Below, piece after piece: positions 1 through 8,492 of a DNA stretch of 53,854 bases. Origin of the DNA: an uncultured Rhodospirillaceae bacterium (GTDB lineage Bacteria > Pseudomonadota > Alphaproteobacteria > JAEULC01); the NCBI GenBank assembly GCA_964393375.1, contig CAYMTM010000003.1, forward strand, positions 1-53,854, given 5' to 3'. A program made the position numbers and the translations under genes. The notes below the pieces were generated by a model. That model was not told the DNA's origin, ran no database searches, and worked only from the letters and a program-made list of their open reading frames with translations. Every line of letters starts with the position of its first letter. The stretch's first letter is position 1.

Positions 1-50
1 GACTTTCAGCCCACCGCTTTCATCTGATTCGTCAGACTAAGTCGAGACTT

Positions 51-287
51 CTACACGTAAACTGCCTCACCCCGAACCGTCGTCTCAAACTCCTTGCCAA
101 TGCCCAGGGGTATGAACGGTGGAATTGTGGCCCAGCGGACCTCGATCACGCTCGATCCGGACTTGACGATGCCGCTGACCTCAACTTCGACGGTCAACAG
201 ATAGCGGAACGTATAGGTGGGGTATGCAATCACATACGTGGCAACTAAAGCACCAAGGAGCGCCACGACGACCACAAGCACCTTCAC
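51..287 (-). CDS. hypothetical small membrane protein (start uncertain; track ORF extends to 401)
   Basis: ORF 51..401 minus. A GTG at 287 is preceded by GGGGGAA. One hydrophobic helix (VLVVVVALLGALVATYVIAY). The G+C drop begins near 290. Confidence 0.4.
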   Translation of the reverse strand: MKVLVVVVALLGALVATYVIAYPTYTFRYLLTVEVEVSGIVKSGSSVIEVRWATIPPFIPLGIGKEFETTVRGEAVYV

Positions 288-445
288 GGTGGTTCCCCCG
301 GGTGTATGGTCACGACTTCCTGTCTCGCGCCATACGCCGGCACGCATCGGGTGCGCAACTGGAAATCCGCGGGCGCGCGCAAGCATCGGCCGCGCCGCCA
401 CGGCGTCGCCCTACGACAACTCGAACGATACCAGTTCCCCGCTCA

Positions 446-497
446 GAAACGGGGTCGGAGTGCAGCAGAAACGGGGTCGAGAAACGGGGTCGGAGTG
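446..497. repeat. three direct copies of GAAACGGGGTCG (446-457, 468-479, 481-492); copies 1 and 3 extend to an identical 17-mer GAAACGGGGTCGGAGTG
   Basis: Read directly from the sequence. Lies between the antitoxin stop (520) and the small membrane ORF. Confidence 0.6.
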
Positions 498-519
498 GAA
501 TTGCAGGCCCGCGCGCCAC

Positions 520-861
520 CTACGCCGCCCTGCGCCGTCGATCCCGCACCGTGACAACGCCCGCAGCTTCGCCCGTCGCGGCGGCAATGCTGATCTCGAT
601 GCGGCAGCCCAATGCAGCCAGGAACCGGATCAGGCGGGCGACCGAGACCTCGGAAAACTTTCCGCCCAGGATTTTCGACAGCTCGGGCTGCGTCGCGCCG
701 ATGCGCTTGGCGGCCGCCTGCTGGGTCAGCTTCAGCGCCTTGATCGCGCGGCCGAGCCGCAGCACCAGTTCGGCCTTGACGTAGTGCTCCTCGGCGTCCG
801 GCAGGCCAAGTTGGAGCCACACGTTGCGCTTGGGGTCTCTGGCGGCGGGCAGCTTGCTCAT
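520..861 (-). CDS. XRE-family helix-turn-helix antitoxin
   Basis: Internal ATG at 861 of track ORF 520..1263. HTH segment LTQQAAAKRIGATQPELSKILGG. 4-nt ATGA overlap with the upstream toxin gene. Confidence 0.8.
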   Translation of the reverse strand: MSKLPAARDPKRNVWLQLGLPDAEEHYVKAELVLRLGRAIKALKLTQQAAAKRIGATQPELSKILGGKFSEVSVARLIRFLAALGCRIEISIAAATGEAAGVVTVRDRRRRAA

Positions 862-1229
862 GCGGGCTTCTCCCTTTCTTCGATCAGCGCGGCCAGGCGG
901 CGGCGCACCAAGTCGATCTCGCCCCTGGGCGTCGCGATGCCCCGGGTCGATTTCTTCTGGAAGGCGTGCAGCACGTAGACCGCATCGGCGAACCGCACCG
1001 TGTAGACCGCGCGGAACGCGTTGCCATCCTGGCTCTCCCTTACCTCGACCACCGTGCCGCCGCCGAAGCCTTTCAGCGTCCTGGCCAGCGTGGGATGGCG
1101 ATCGCCCATCTGGGCCAGGAACAGCGCGAAGCCCATCTCGCGCTGGACCGCCTGGGGGAACGCCATGAAGTCGGCCTTCGACGTCCCGCGCCAGAACAAC
1201 GGCTTCGGGTTGTCGGTCGCGGCGAGCAT
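858..1229 (-). CDS. type II toxin, RelE/ParE superfamily (phage Gp49 / HigB-like)
   Basis: 123 aa. The motif FRAVYTVRFADAVYVLHAFQKKS is typical of Gp49-like toxins. Overlaps the antitoxin start. Confidence 0.8.
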   Translation of the reverse strand: MLAATDNPKPLFWRGTSKADFMAFPQAVQREMGFALFLAQMGDRHPTLARTLKGFGGGTVVEVRESQDGNAFRAVYTVRFADAVYVLHAFQKKSTRGIATPRGEIDLVRRRLAALIEEREKPA

Positions 1230-1259
1230 GTGGCACTATGTGATAGTTGACATAGAAGG

Positions 1260-2393
1260 TCAAGACGGCGGCTCATCCTTCGACGGGCTCAGGATGATGA
1301 CGGAGGAGGGGAGGGGCGGTGCCGCGTGCTTCCGCCACCCGGTTCGCCCGTTGGGCTCGCCACCCGCTCCCCCCTTCGACTGGCGCTCAGGAGGGAGAGG
1401 GTTCGGGTGCCTTGCGCCTTTGCCGAAGTTGCACGCCGCGCAGAGCGTGCGCAGGTTCTCCGGCACCGACGATCCGCCCTGCGACCACGGCACGATGTGG
1501 TCGAGGTGCAGCTTGCAGCCGCGCGTGATCGCCGGGCTGTCGCCGCAGGCCGTGCAGCGGTAGTGGTCGCGCTCCAGCACCTTGAAGCGCAGGCCCATCG
1601 GGATGTGGCGGCGGTCCTCCGGCGCCCAGCGCGGGGCGGGAGCTTTGCGCGGTTCCGCGCTCTCTGCGCCGCCGCCCGCGTCGGACGTGGCCCCTCCCCC
1701 TAACCCCCTCGCGCCAGGGGAGGGGGGACCGGCATTATGAGCCCCGTCCTTCGCTTTCTTCGCGCGCGTCGCCGCGCGCGTTTCCTGCGCGTTGGCCCAT
1801 TCCACGAAGGCCGCCAGCGCCCGGTTCCAGCTCCGGAAGCGGCGCTGGTAGGCGGCGGGGCCGACCGTGGAGGGCGGGCGCTTGGTTTCCTCCAGCACCG
1901 GCGCGCGGCCGTAATGCGTCCACAGCGTGCGCAGATTCTCGAAGCATTCGCGCTCGTCGTAGACGCGTGCCATCTTCGACTGGCGGAGGCCGGCGCGGCG
2001 CACCGCCTCGGGCCAGCTGCCGAACCGCCTGCGGTAGGTAGTCCAGCTCACCGGGCTCAAGCGTTCGACGTCGAGCGCGCTGACGGTGCCGTCCGGCCGC
2101 GCCACGCGGCGCAGCAGCGCCAGCAGCTCGTCGTCGCTCAAGCGGCCGCCGGCGCGCCGGCGCAGCTTGTAGGTGACGCTGGGTCCGCCGTAGCGGTGCT
2201 TAAGGCCGGCTTCGGCCAGCGCCTGGCCCCAGCTTCCGAACCGGCGCAGATAGGGCATGTGCGAGACGCGCGCGTGGGCGCGGAAGCGCTTTTCGGACAG
2301 GACCGGGTCTTCGACCAGCTTTGCCACGCGCTTCAGCTCGGCGATGAGCGCGTCGCGGGAATAGTCGACCAGCCGGTCCAATGCATAGGGCAT
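1260..2393 (-). CDS. HNH endonuclease with three N-terminal homing-endonuclease-associated repeats
   Basis: C-terminal HYRCTACG...HLDHIVPWSQGG...NLRTLCAACN HNH motif. Three RFGSW-type repeats (YLRRFGSWGQALAEAGL, YRRRFGSWPEAVRRAGL, YQRRFRSWNRALAAF). Start taken at MPYALD (2393). Confidence 0.8.
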   Translation of the reverse strand: MPYALDRLVDYSRDALIAELKRVAKLVEDPVLSEKRFRAHARVSHMPYLRRFGSWGQALAEAGLKHRYGGPSVTYKLRRRAGGRLSDDELLALLRRVARPDGTVSALDVERLSPVSWTTYRRRFGSWPEAVRRAGLRQSKMARVYDERECFENLRTLWTHYGRAPVLEETKRPPSTVGPAAYQRRFRSWNRALAAFVEWANAQETRAATRAKKAKDGAHNAGPPSPGARGLGGGATSDAGGGAESAEPRKAPAPRWAPEDRRHIPMGLRFKVLERDHYRCTACGDSPAITRGCKLHLDHIVPWSQGGSSVPENLRTLCAACNFGKGARHPNPLPPERQSKGGAGGEPNGRTGWRKHAAPPLPSSVIILSPSKDEPPS

Positions 2394-2581
2394 CGGACTC
2401 CCCCGTCGATGGTGATGATGTGGTGGAAGCGGCGGCATGCGGCGCGCGGATCGCGCCCTGCGCAATGCGCGCCAGTTTGGCAATTATCGCCGGAACAGCA
2501 TGATCCTGGAAGGGGGGATTCCCTGGAAAAATTTTTCCGCCAGCGATTCCCGGCCTGTATCGCCGAACGTGCGCGCCGCCG

Positions 2582-3271
2582 TCACGCCTCGTGGAACAGG
2601 GCGAAGCGGTCGAGCGGCTCGCGCTCGGTCTTGAGCGTGTTCTCGATCGCCTGCTTGTCCTCGTAGCCCAGCGCCATGCCCGACAGGATGACGTGGCCGG
2701 GGTCGATCGGCAGTGCCCGGCGCACCGCCGGCCCGTAGCTGCACCAGGCGGCCTGGGCGCAGGTCTCGAGCCCGCTTGCGCGCGCGGCCGTCATCACGTT
2801 CTGCATGTACATGCCGCAGTCGAGCCAGGATCCGTAGAGCAGCCGCCTGTCCATGGTGAAGAACAGGCCCACGGGCGCGCCGAAGAAGGTGAAGTTGCGC
2901 AAGACCGCCTCGAACCGTGCCGGCATGTCGTTGCGGGCGATGCCGTAGAGCGCGTAGAGGTCGAAGCCGACCTTGCGCCGGCGCGCGATGTAAGGCTCGA
3001 ACCAGGGATTGGGGGCGTATTCGTATTCCTCCACCCGCTCGCCGGCGCGGGCGGCCGCGATGACGGTCTCGCTGACGCGCTGCCTGGCTGCGCCCGTCAC
3101 CACGTGCACGAACCAGGGCTGCGAGTTGGTGCCGCTGGGCGCGCGGGCGGATACCGCCAGGATCGCGCGCACCGTTTCCATCGCCACCGGCTTGGGCAGG
3201 AAGCGGCGCACCGAGCGGCGGCCGCCGATCGCCTCGGCCACGGTGATGCGGTTGTCCTCGGGATAGTCCAT
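2582..3271 (-). CDS. nitroreductase family protein
   Basis: 229 aa. N-terminal RRSVRRF...APSGTNSQPW nitroreductase signature. Confidence 0.8.
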   Translation of the reverse strand: MDYPEDNRITVAEAIGGRRSVRRFLPKPVAMETVRAILAVSARAPSGTNSQPWFVHVVTGAARQRVSETVIAAARAGERVEEYEYAPNPWFEPYIARRRKVGFDLYALYGIARNDMPARFEAVLRNFTFFGAPVGLFFTMDRRLLYGSWLDCGMYMQNVMTAARASGLETCAQAAWCSYGPAVRRALPIDPGHVILSGMALGYEDKQAIENTLKTEREPLDRFALFHEA

Positions 3272-3314
3272 GCGCGCCCCGCCTTGGTTCGACGGACGCG
3301 ATCCTAGCGGGCGG

Positions 3315-3710
3315 CTAGCGCTTCATCCACTGCAGCGCGGCATAGCCCGCAAGCGCGGCGATCGCGGTCAGGGCGGCGCCCCAGGCGATATCGACGAGCG
3401 CCACGCCGAGCGGCCAGGCCTTGAGCGTGGCGCGGTTGGTGAGGTCGTAGGTCGCGTAGGCGACCAGGCCCAGCACGACGCCAAGCCCGGCCGCCATCGG
3501 CCAGCCCCGCGCGGGCAAGACCGCGAGGACGACGATGCCGGCCGCGTAGACCAGGTAAAAGGCCAGGGCGGCGCCGATCCGCGGGCTTTCGACCAGCAGC
3601 GCGCCCAGGTGACGGGCGAAGAGCGGGCGCATGACCAGGGCGATCCACGCCAGGTCGATCCCGGCGAAGACCGCGAGAGCGGCGAGGAAGGCGGCGGCAT
3701 GGGCGGCCAT
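3315..3710 (-). CDS. DUF2177-like integral membrane protein
   Basis: 131 aa with four hydrophobic segments. Family recalled from sequence pattern. Confidence 0.55.
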   Translation of the reverse strand: MAAHAAAFLAALAVFAGIDLAWIALVMRPLFARHLGALLVESPRIGAALAFYLVYAAGIVVLAVLPARGWPMAAGLGVVLGLVAYATYDLTNRATLKAWPLGVALVDIAWGAALTAIAALAGYAALQWMKR

Positions 3711-3750
3711 GCAGCCCTATACGACGGCGCGGCCGGTCCGGTTCACCGCT

Positions 3751-4296
3751 TCAGTTCACCTGGACGCCGTGCTCGGCCACCGCGTCGGGCTTCATGATCG
3801 CCTTGCCCAGCTCTTCGCGCAGCGACACCCCGATATGGCCGATATCGACGATGCGGAACCTATCGCCGCGGCGCTGCACCTCGAAGCGCACGGCGAAGTT
3901 GGGGTCGTGGCCGAACCGCACGCAGGACACGCGCACCGAGGCGCCGTCCTCCGCCACGCTGCGCCCGACGATGCCGCAGGACTGGAAGATCAGGTTCTGG
4001 ATGAAGTTCATCACCCCGTCATGGCCCAGCACCGAATCGCGCGACCAGTCGGCGAGTTTCTGCCGGTCGGCTTCGGGCAGGCTGGGCCAGCGTCCGCCCA
4101 GCGCCGCCATGCCCGGCCCCGACCAGTCGACCTCGCGGGTCAGCAGGTTGACGTAGAAGGCGCGCCGCTCGGGCGTCGGCATCTTGGAAACCCGGACCAT
4201 GCCGGTGACGATGTCCTGGACGTACTGGACGGGGTCGCCGGCACGAGCGGGGCTCGCAGCAAGGAGCCCCAGCAGCAGAAGGGTCACGGCGCGCAT
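3751..4296 (-). CDS. secreted MlaC/Ttg2D-like (toluene-tolerance type) binding protein
   Basis: Start at MRAVTLLLLGLLAASPARA (signal peptide) inside track ORF 3751..4545. The overall pattern resembles MlaC family proteins. Confidence 0.5.
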   Translation of the reverse strand: MRAVTLLLLGLLAASPARAGDPVQYVQDIVTGMVRVSKMPTPERRAFYVNLLTREVDWSGPGMAALGGRWPSLPEADRQKLADWSRDSVLGHDGVMNFIQNLIFQSCGIVGRSVAEDGASVRVSCVRFGHDPNFAVRFEVQRRGDRFRIVDIGHIGVSLREELGKAIMKPDAVAEHGVQVN

Positions 4297-4569
4297 CGGC
4301 GATTCCTTCGCTCTCGGCATGACCTCACTCAAGAGCAGCGGCGCGCCCGGGTCAAGCCCACGGGGCCCGCCGCGGCGGCGGTTCGCCATCACATCGGGGG
4401 GAGCTGGATCGCGGTTGCGTCTTCCGCCTGCAATGGCCGTGGCGATGGCGGCCATCGCGTTACCGTTGGTCGGTAACCCTATCGAAGCGGCGATATTCTC
4501 ACCCGGGTCACCCGACCCGCCTTCCCTGGCTATCCCGAGGCGCACGGACCTGCCCGCGGCTGCGCTGCG

Positions 4570-5502
4570 TCATCGGCTTCGCATCCGCGCGCTTCTGTCA
4601 AGCCCGGTCACGTCCCGCACCCAAGTCGAGAACTCCCGGATGACCTTCTCGCGCGGGTGATCCGGCCTGCGTACGACATAGAAGCAATAGCCGGGCAAGC
4701 TCAAATCGAACGCCTTGACCAAGTCACCGTCCGCAATCTCGGGCGCCACCAGGACATCACTGAAGATGCCAACGCCCTGCCCGGCAATCACGGCTTCGAT
4801 CGCATGCAGTTCCTCCCTGAAGCTCAGGTGCTCCATGTCCTCGAATTCAGGGACGTTTTCCCACTTCTCTCGCGCAGCGGCGAGCCACCGTCGCCAGGTC
4901 GGGGCATCGAGATCCGACGGCGACCAGTAGCAATGAACGAGGACATGATTGCGCAGGTCGGCAACGCGTTTCAGCCCCGAAGCGCGCAACTTGGGACTGC
5001 AGACCGGGTAGAAGGTGTCGCGCAGTATCTCCTCCGCGATCCCATCCGTCGGCATCGCCCGGGCGTAGCGAATGGCCACGTCCGCGTCGCCGGCATGAAG
5101 GTCCAGAACGCTGTCGGTCCCGATCACCTCGAGCGGTGCGTCGGGACGCCACTTTCTCCAGCCGGGCAGGCGCGGGACCAGCCAACGGCTTGCAAAGGCG
5201 TTGGTGGTGCTCACGCGCAGCGGCTGGCGATCCGGATCGCGCTTCACCGAGACAATGGCCGCGGCGAACGCATCCAGGCCGCGGCGAACGCCCGGGAGAA
5301 GACGGGCCCCAGCTTCGGTCAACGACAGCGGTTGCGGCTTGCGGCGAAACAGGGCGCGCCCGCAATAGCGCTCCAGCAGCCGGATCTGGTGGCTGACCGC
5401 CGTCGGCGTCACCCCGAGCTCCGCCGCGGCCTTCTTGAAGCTGAGGTGCCGCGCGGCGGCGTCGAAGGCGCGCAGTTCAATGAGAGGCGGCAGCCGGACC
5501 AT
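4570..5502 (-). CDS. LysR family transcriptional regulator
   Basis: N-terminal HTH LRAFDAAARHLSFKKAAAELGVTPTAVSHQIRLLE. 310 aa. Divergent from the FAD oxidase gene. Confidence 0.9.
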   Translation of the reverse strand: MVRLPPLIELRAFDAAARHLSFKKAAAELGVTPTAVSHQIRLLERYCGRALFRRKPQPLSLTEAGARLLPGVRRGLDAFAAAIVSVKRDPDRQPLRVSTTNAFASRWLVPRLPGWRKWRPDAPLEVIGTDSVLDLHAGDADVAIRYARAMPTDGIAEEILRDTFYPVCSPKLRASGLKRVADLRNHVLVHCYWSPSDLDAPTWRRWLAAAREKWENVPEFEDMEHLSFREELHAIEAVIAGQGVGIFSDVLVAPEIADGDLVKAFDLSLPGYCFYVVRRPDHPREKVIREFSTWVRDVTGLDRSARMRSR

Positions 5503-5515
5503 GCCGCCAGTCTAG

Positions 5516-5530
5516 ATGAAAATGCCTCAT
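5516..5530. promoter_or_regulatory. candidate LysR T-N11-A dyad ATGAAAATGCCTCAT
   Basis: ATGA-N7-TCAT dyad in the 98-bp divergent intergenic region between the LysR gene and the FAD oxidase gene. Confidence 0.3.
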
Positions 5531-5600
5531 CCGCGGGTGAAAACTTCGCATTTGCCGGAACTCCATCGGGCTGAGAGAACATGTTGCGTTCCAATCGGGA

Positions 5601-6986
5601 GTGCAGCTCATGCCGTCGACCCCATCCGTTGCCGATGCCGCCGCGGCCTTTTCCGGCGCCTTTACGGGGCGGCTTCTAAAGCCAGAGGACGACGACTATG
5701 AAGAAGCAAGAAGGCTGCACAACGGTCTAATCGACAAGCGCCCTGCGCTGATCGCGCGCTGCCGCGGCGCGGCCGATGTCGTCGACGCCGTCAAACTCAC
5801 GCGCAAGTCGGGACTGGAAGTGGCCGTTCGCGGCGGGGGTCACAATGTGGCGGGACGTGCGACGGTCGACGGCGGCGTGATGATCGACCTTGGGTCCATG
5901 AAAGGCATTTACGTCGAGGCCAGGAATCGGGTGGCCCGAGTGCAGGGCGGCGTTACCTGGGGCGAGCTGAATCGCGAAACGCAACTTCACGGTCTTGCCG
6001 TGACGGGGGGAGTTGTTTCCAGTACCGGAGTTGCCGGACTTACCCTCGGCGGCGGACTCGGTTGGCTCATGGGCAAGCACGGCCTGGCCCTCGACAATCT
6101 GCGTTCCGTCGAATTGGTCACCGCCGAAGGCAAGATCGTGCAGGCAAGCGCGGAGGAAGAGCCCGACCTGTTCTGGGCCGTACGGGGCGGCGGGGGGAAT
6201 TTCGGCATCGCGACCTCCTTCGAATTTCAGCTCCATCCGGTCGGTCCCATGGTCACGGGCGGTATCATTGCCTATCCGTTCGACCGGGCCCGTGACGTGT
6301 TGAGGTTCTTTCGCGATCGCACCGCCACGCTGCCGGACGAACACATGATCTTTGGCAGTCTTGTTCATGCGCCGGACGGCTCCGGAACGAAGCTTGCCGC
6401 CATGGTGACGTGCCATTGCGGATCGCCCGCAGACGGCGAGAAGGCCATGCAGCCGCTGAAGCGGTTCGGATCGCCGGTCATGGACGCACTCGGGCCGATC
6501 CCATACGTGCAGTTGAACGGCATGCTCGACGCCGCCTACCCGAAGGGGGCGCTGAACTATTGGAAATCGAGCTTCCTGTCGCACCTAAGCGATGACGTGA
6601 TCGACAGCATGGTCACATGCTTCGAACGCTGCCCTACTCCGATGGGACAGTTGCTCATGGAGCATTTCCACGGCGCGGCCACTCGCGTTGGAACCACCGA
6701 CACCGCCTTTCCCCACCGATCCGACGGCTACAACTTCCTGGTCCTCAGTCAATGGAAGAACCGCGCGGATAGCGACAGGTGCATCGCCTGGGCGCGCGAA
6801 ACCTATGCGCGGATGCAGCCGTTCTTCTCCTCTGCCCGCTATGTGAATTATCTCGGGGACGACGAGACGGGCGAACCGGTCGCCGCGGCATACGGACCCA
6901 ACTACCGGCGGCTCCAGCAGATCAAGGCGCAATTCGACCCGGCGAACTTCTTCCGCATGAACCAGAACATCCGGCCGTTGCGATAA
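5601..6986 (+). CDS. FAD-binding oxidoreductase (FAD_binding_4 with C-terminal BBE-like domain)
   Basis: 461 aa. RGGGHN, GGGLGWL and C-terminal DPANFFRMNQNI motifs. GTG start at 5601 (ATG alternative at 5610). Confidence 0.85.
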   Translation: MQLMPSTPSVADAAAAFSGAFTGRLLKPEDDDYEEARRLHNGLIDKRPALIARCRGAADVVDAVKLTRKSGLEVAVRGGGHNVAGRATVDGGVMIDLGSMKGIYVEARNRVARVQGGVTWGELNRETQLHGLAVTGGVVSSTGVAGLTLGGGLGWLMGKHGLALDNLRSVELVTAEGKIVQASAEEEPDLFWAVRGGGGNFGIATSFEFQLHPVGPMVTGGIIAYPFDRARDVLRFFRDRTATLPDEHMIFGSLVHAPDGSGTKLAAMVTCHCGSPADGEKAMQPLKRFGSPVMDALGPIPYVQLNGMLDAAYPKGALNYWKSSFLSHLSDDVIDSMVTCFERCPTPMGQLLMEHFHGAATRVGTTDTAFPHRSDGYNFLVLSQWKNRADSDRCIAWARETYARMQPFFSSARYVNYLGDDETGEPVAAAYGPNYRRLQQIKAQFDPANFFRMNQNIRPLR

Positions 6987-7047
6987 AGTCCGCGCGCGGT
7001 ACCGCCCGGAACGCCCTGGCCACGGTCACGGCGCGGGACGCCATGCC

Positions 7048-7458
7048 TCACGCCCGCACTTCCGCCTTGCGCTTGGCCTTCGCCTTCCTGCCCGCGGCGC
7101 GCATCATCAGGAAGGTGCCGGCGGCGGCGCCCGGGATGGACCAAGTGCCGGCGATCTCGGTCGCATCGGCGCTGAGCCGTCCCGCGTAGCGGACGGGATG
7201 GGCGTAGTAGGGATTGCCGCCCTCGTAGGTCTTGACGAACGCGACCGTGTTGCCGCTGCGGCTGCCGGCGATCTGCGCGGTCATGGTATCGGCCGGGCTG
7301 CCCCCGGCGGTGCAAGGCTCGTGGACCGTGCCGCCCAGGCTGCCGCCGATCTCCGTCAGGGTCGCGACGAAAGCCACCGACCCGCCATGCGCGTAGCTGT
7401 AGAGGCCGTTCCATACGCCCGACAGGTTCTCGGCGGATGCGGGACCGGGGTCGGTCAT
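7048..7458 (-). CDS. hypothetical protein (beta-rich, Lys/Arg-rich tail)
   Basis: Start at MTDPGP within track ORF 7048..7542. No family recognised. Confidence 0.5.
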   Translation of the reverse strand: MTDPGPASAENLSGVWNGLYSYAHGGSVAFVATLTEIGGSLGGTVHEPCTAGGSPADTMTAQIAGSRSGNTVAFVKTYEGGNPYYAHPVRYAGRLSADATEIAGTWSIPGAAAGTFLMMRAAGRKAKAKRKAEVRA

Positions 7459-7623
7459 CGCGTTGGCGCGGCGGATGATCGGCTGAATCCCATCGCGCAA
7501 GGTCAGCAGAAACCGGGGTCGGCGTAAAGCCGGGGCGCGCACGGGCCGGCGTCGTGGCTCAAGGGCGAGGGCGCGGCCCGGGAAGGCCGCGATCGCGGCG
7601 CGCAGATCGGCGCGCAGCGCGAT

Positions 7624-8259
7624 TCAGCCGCTCGTCGGTCCGGTCGCCCAGCCGAGTTTCTCGCGCACGCGGTAGCGGATCTGGTCCTCGCTGTCGCCCT
7701 CGAAGACTTCGACGTAGTGCACCCCGGCCTTGCGCAGCGCTTCCTTCTTCACCGCGTCGCGCGCAGGCGCGTCGCCCTGGTAGTGGCCGTCGCCCTGGTA
7801 CTCGACGGCCAGCACCGGCCAGCCGTACGGATCCGTCACGAGCATGTCGACGCGTTTGCTGTTGATCGAGCGAAAGGCGTAACGGCAAGGCGAATCGAGT
7901 ATCTGCCCGAGACTCGCCTGCGGGAATATGCGGAAGCCCTTGCGCGCCGCCGCCAGGTCCTCCTCGACGATCCTGAAGACCCGATATTCCGCCCGCGTCA
8001 TCACCTGCCGCCGCTCGAAGCTTGCCCCCATCACGGCGCGCATCTGCCCGCCGAAGTACCGCAAATTGGGCCGCCACTCTTTTCGCGCCGCCGGCGTGCC
8101 GTCGGGCGACGATGGGCGGGGCGCGGCGGATGGACGGCCGCCGGGCTGCGACGATTCCCTTCCGGGGCGGGCGAGCTTTGCAACGCCAAGCCCGAGCAGC
8201 GCGGAGCCGAGGACGAGCACGCCGACCAGGACGCCGTTCGCCAGCGACAGTTCGATCAT
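7624..8259 (-). CDS. membrane-anchored DUF2726 (nuclease-like) domain protein
   Basis: N-terminal TM helix, then RVFRIVEE...RVDMLVTD...AVEYQGDGHY...DAVKKEALRKAGV, typical of DUF2726. Confidence 0.65.
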   Translation of the reverse strand: MIELSLANGVLVGVLVLGSALLGLGVAKLARPGRESSQPGGRPSAAPRPSSPDGTPAARKEWRPNLRYFGGQMRAVMGASFERRQVMTRAEYRVFRIVEEDLAAARKGFRIFPQASLGQILDSPCRYAFRSINSKRVDMLVTDPYGWPVLAVEYQGDGHYQGDAPARDAVKKEALRKAGVHYVEVFEGDSEDQIRYRVREKLGWATGPTSG

Positions 8260-8492
8260 CTGCGCCCCGCCTTTCCCCCGGTCCGGATTCCGGCGCGGCG
8301 AAAGCCTATTGTCGGTTGCTTAAGAAAGCGTTGGCGATTCGTAAAGCGAAGCACGGCATTTGAGGCGGATTGATCGGGTCCGCAAGCGCAGGCGCGCAGC
8401 AAGAGGTGGTTTCACCGCGGGAGAATTGCCCGGCATTTGCCCCCTACCTTTGTTCCTGCTAAGCGGGACCTGCCGGAGGAAACGCAACGACC

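Noticed and set aside
446-497. CRISPR array
   Set aside because: There are only three 12-17-nt repeats with irregular 1-10-nt spacers, far too short and irregular. No cas genes occur in the window.
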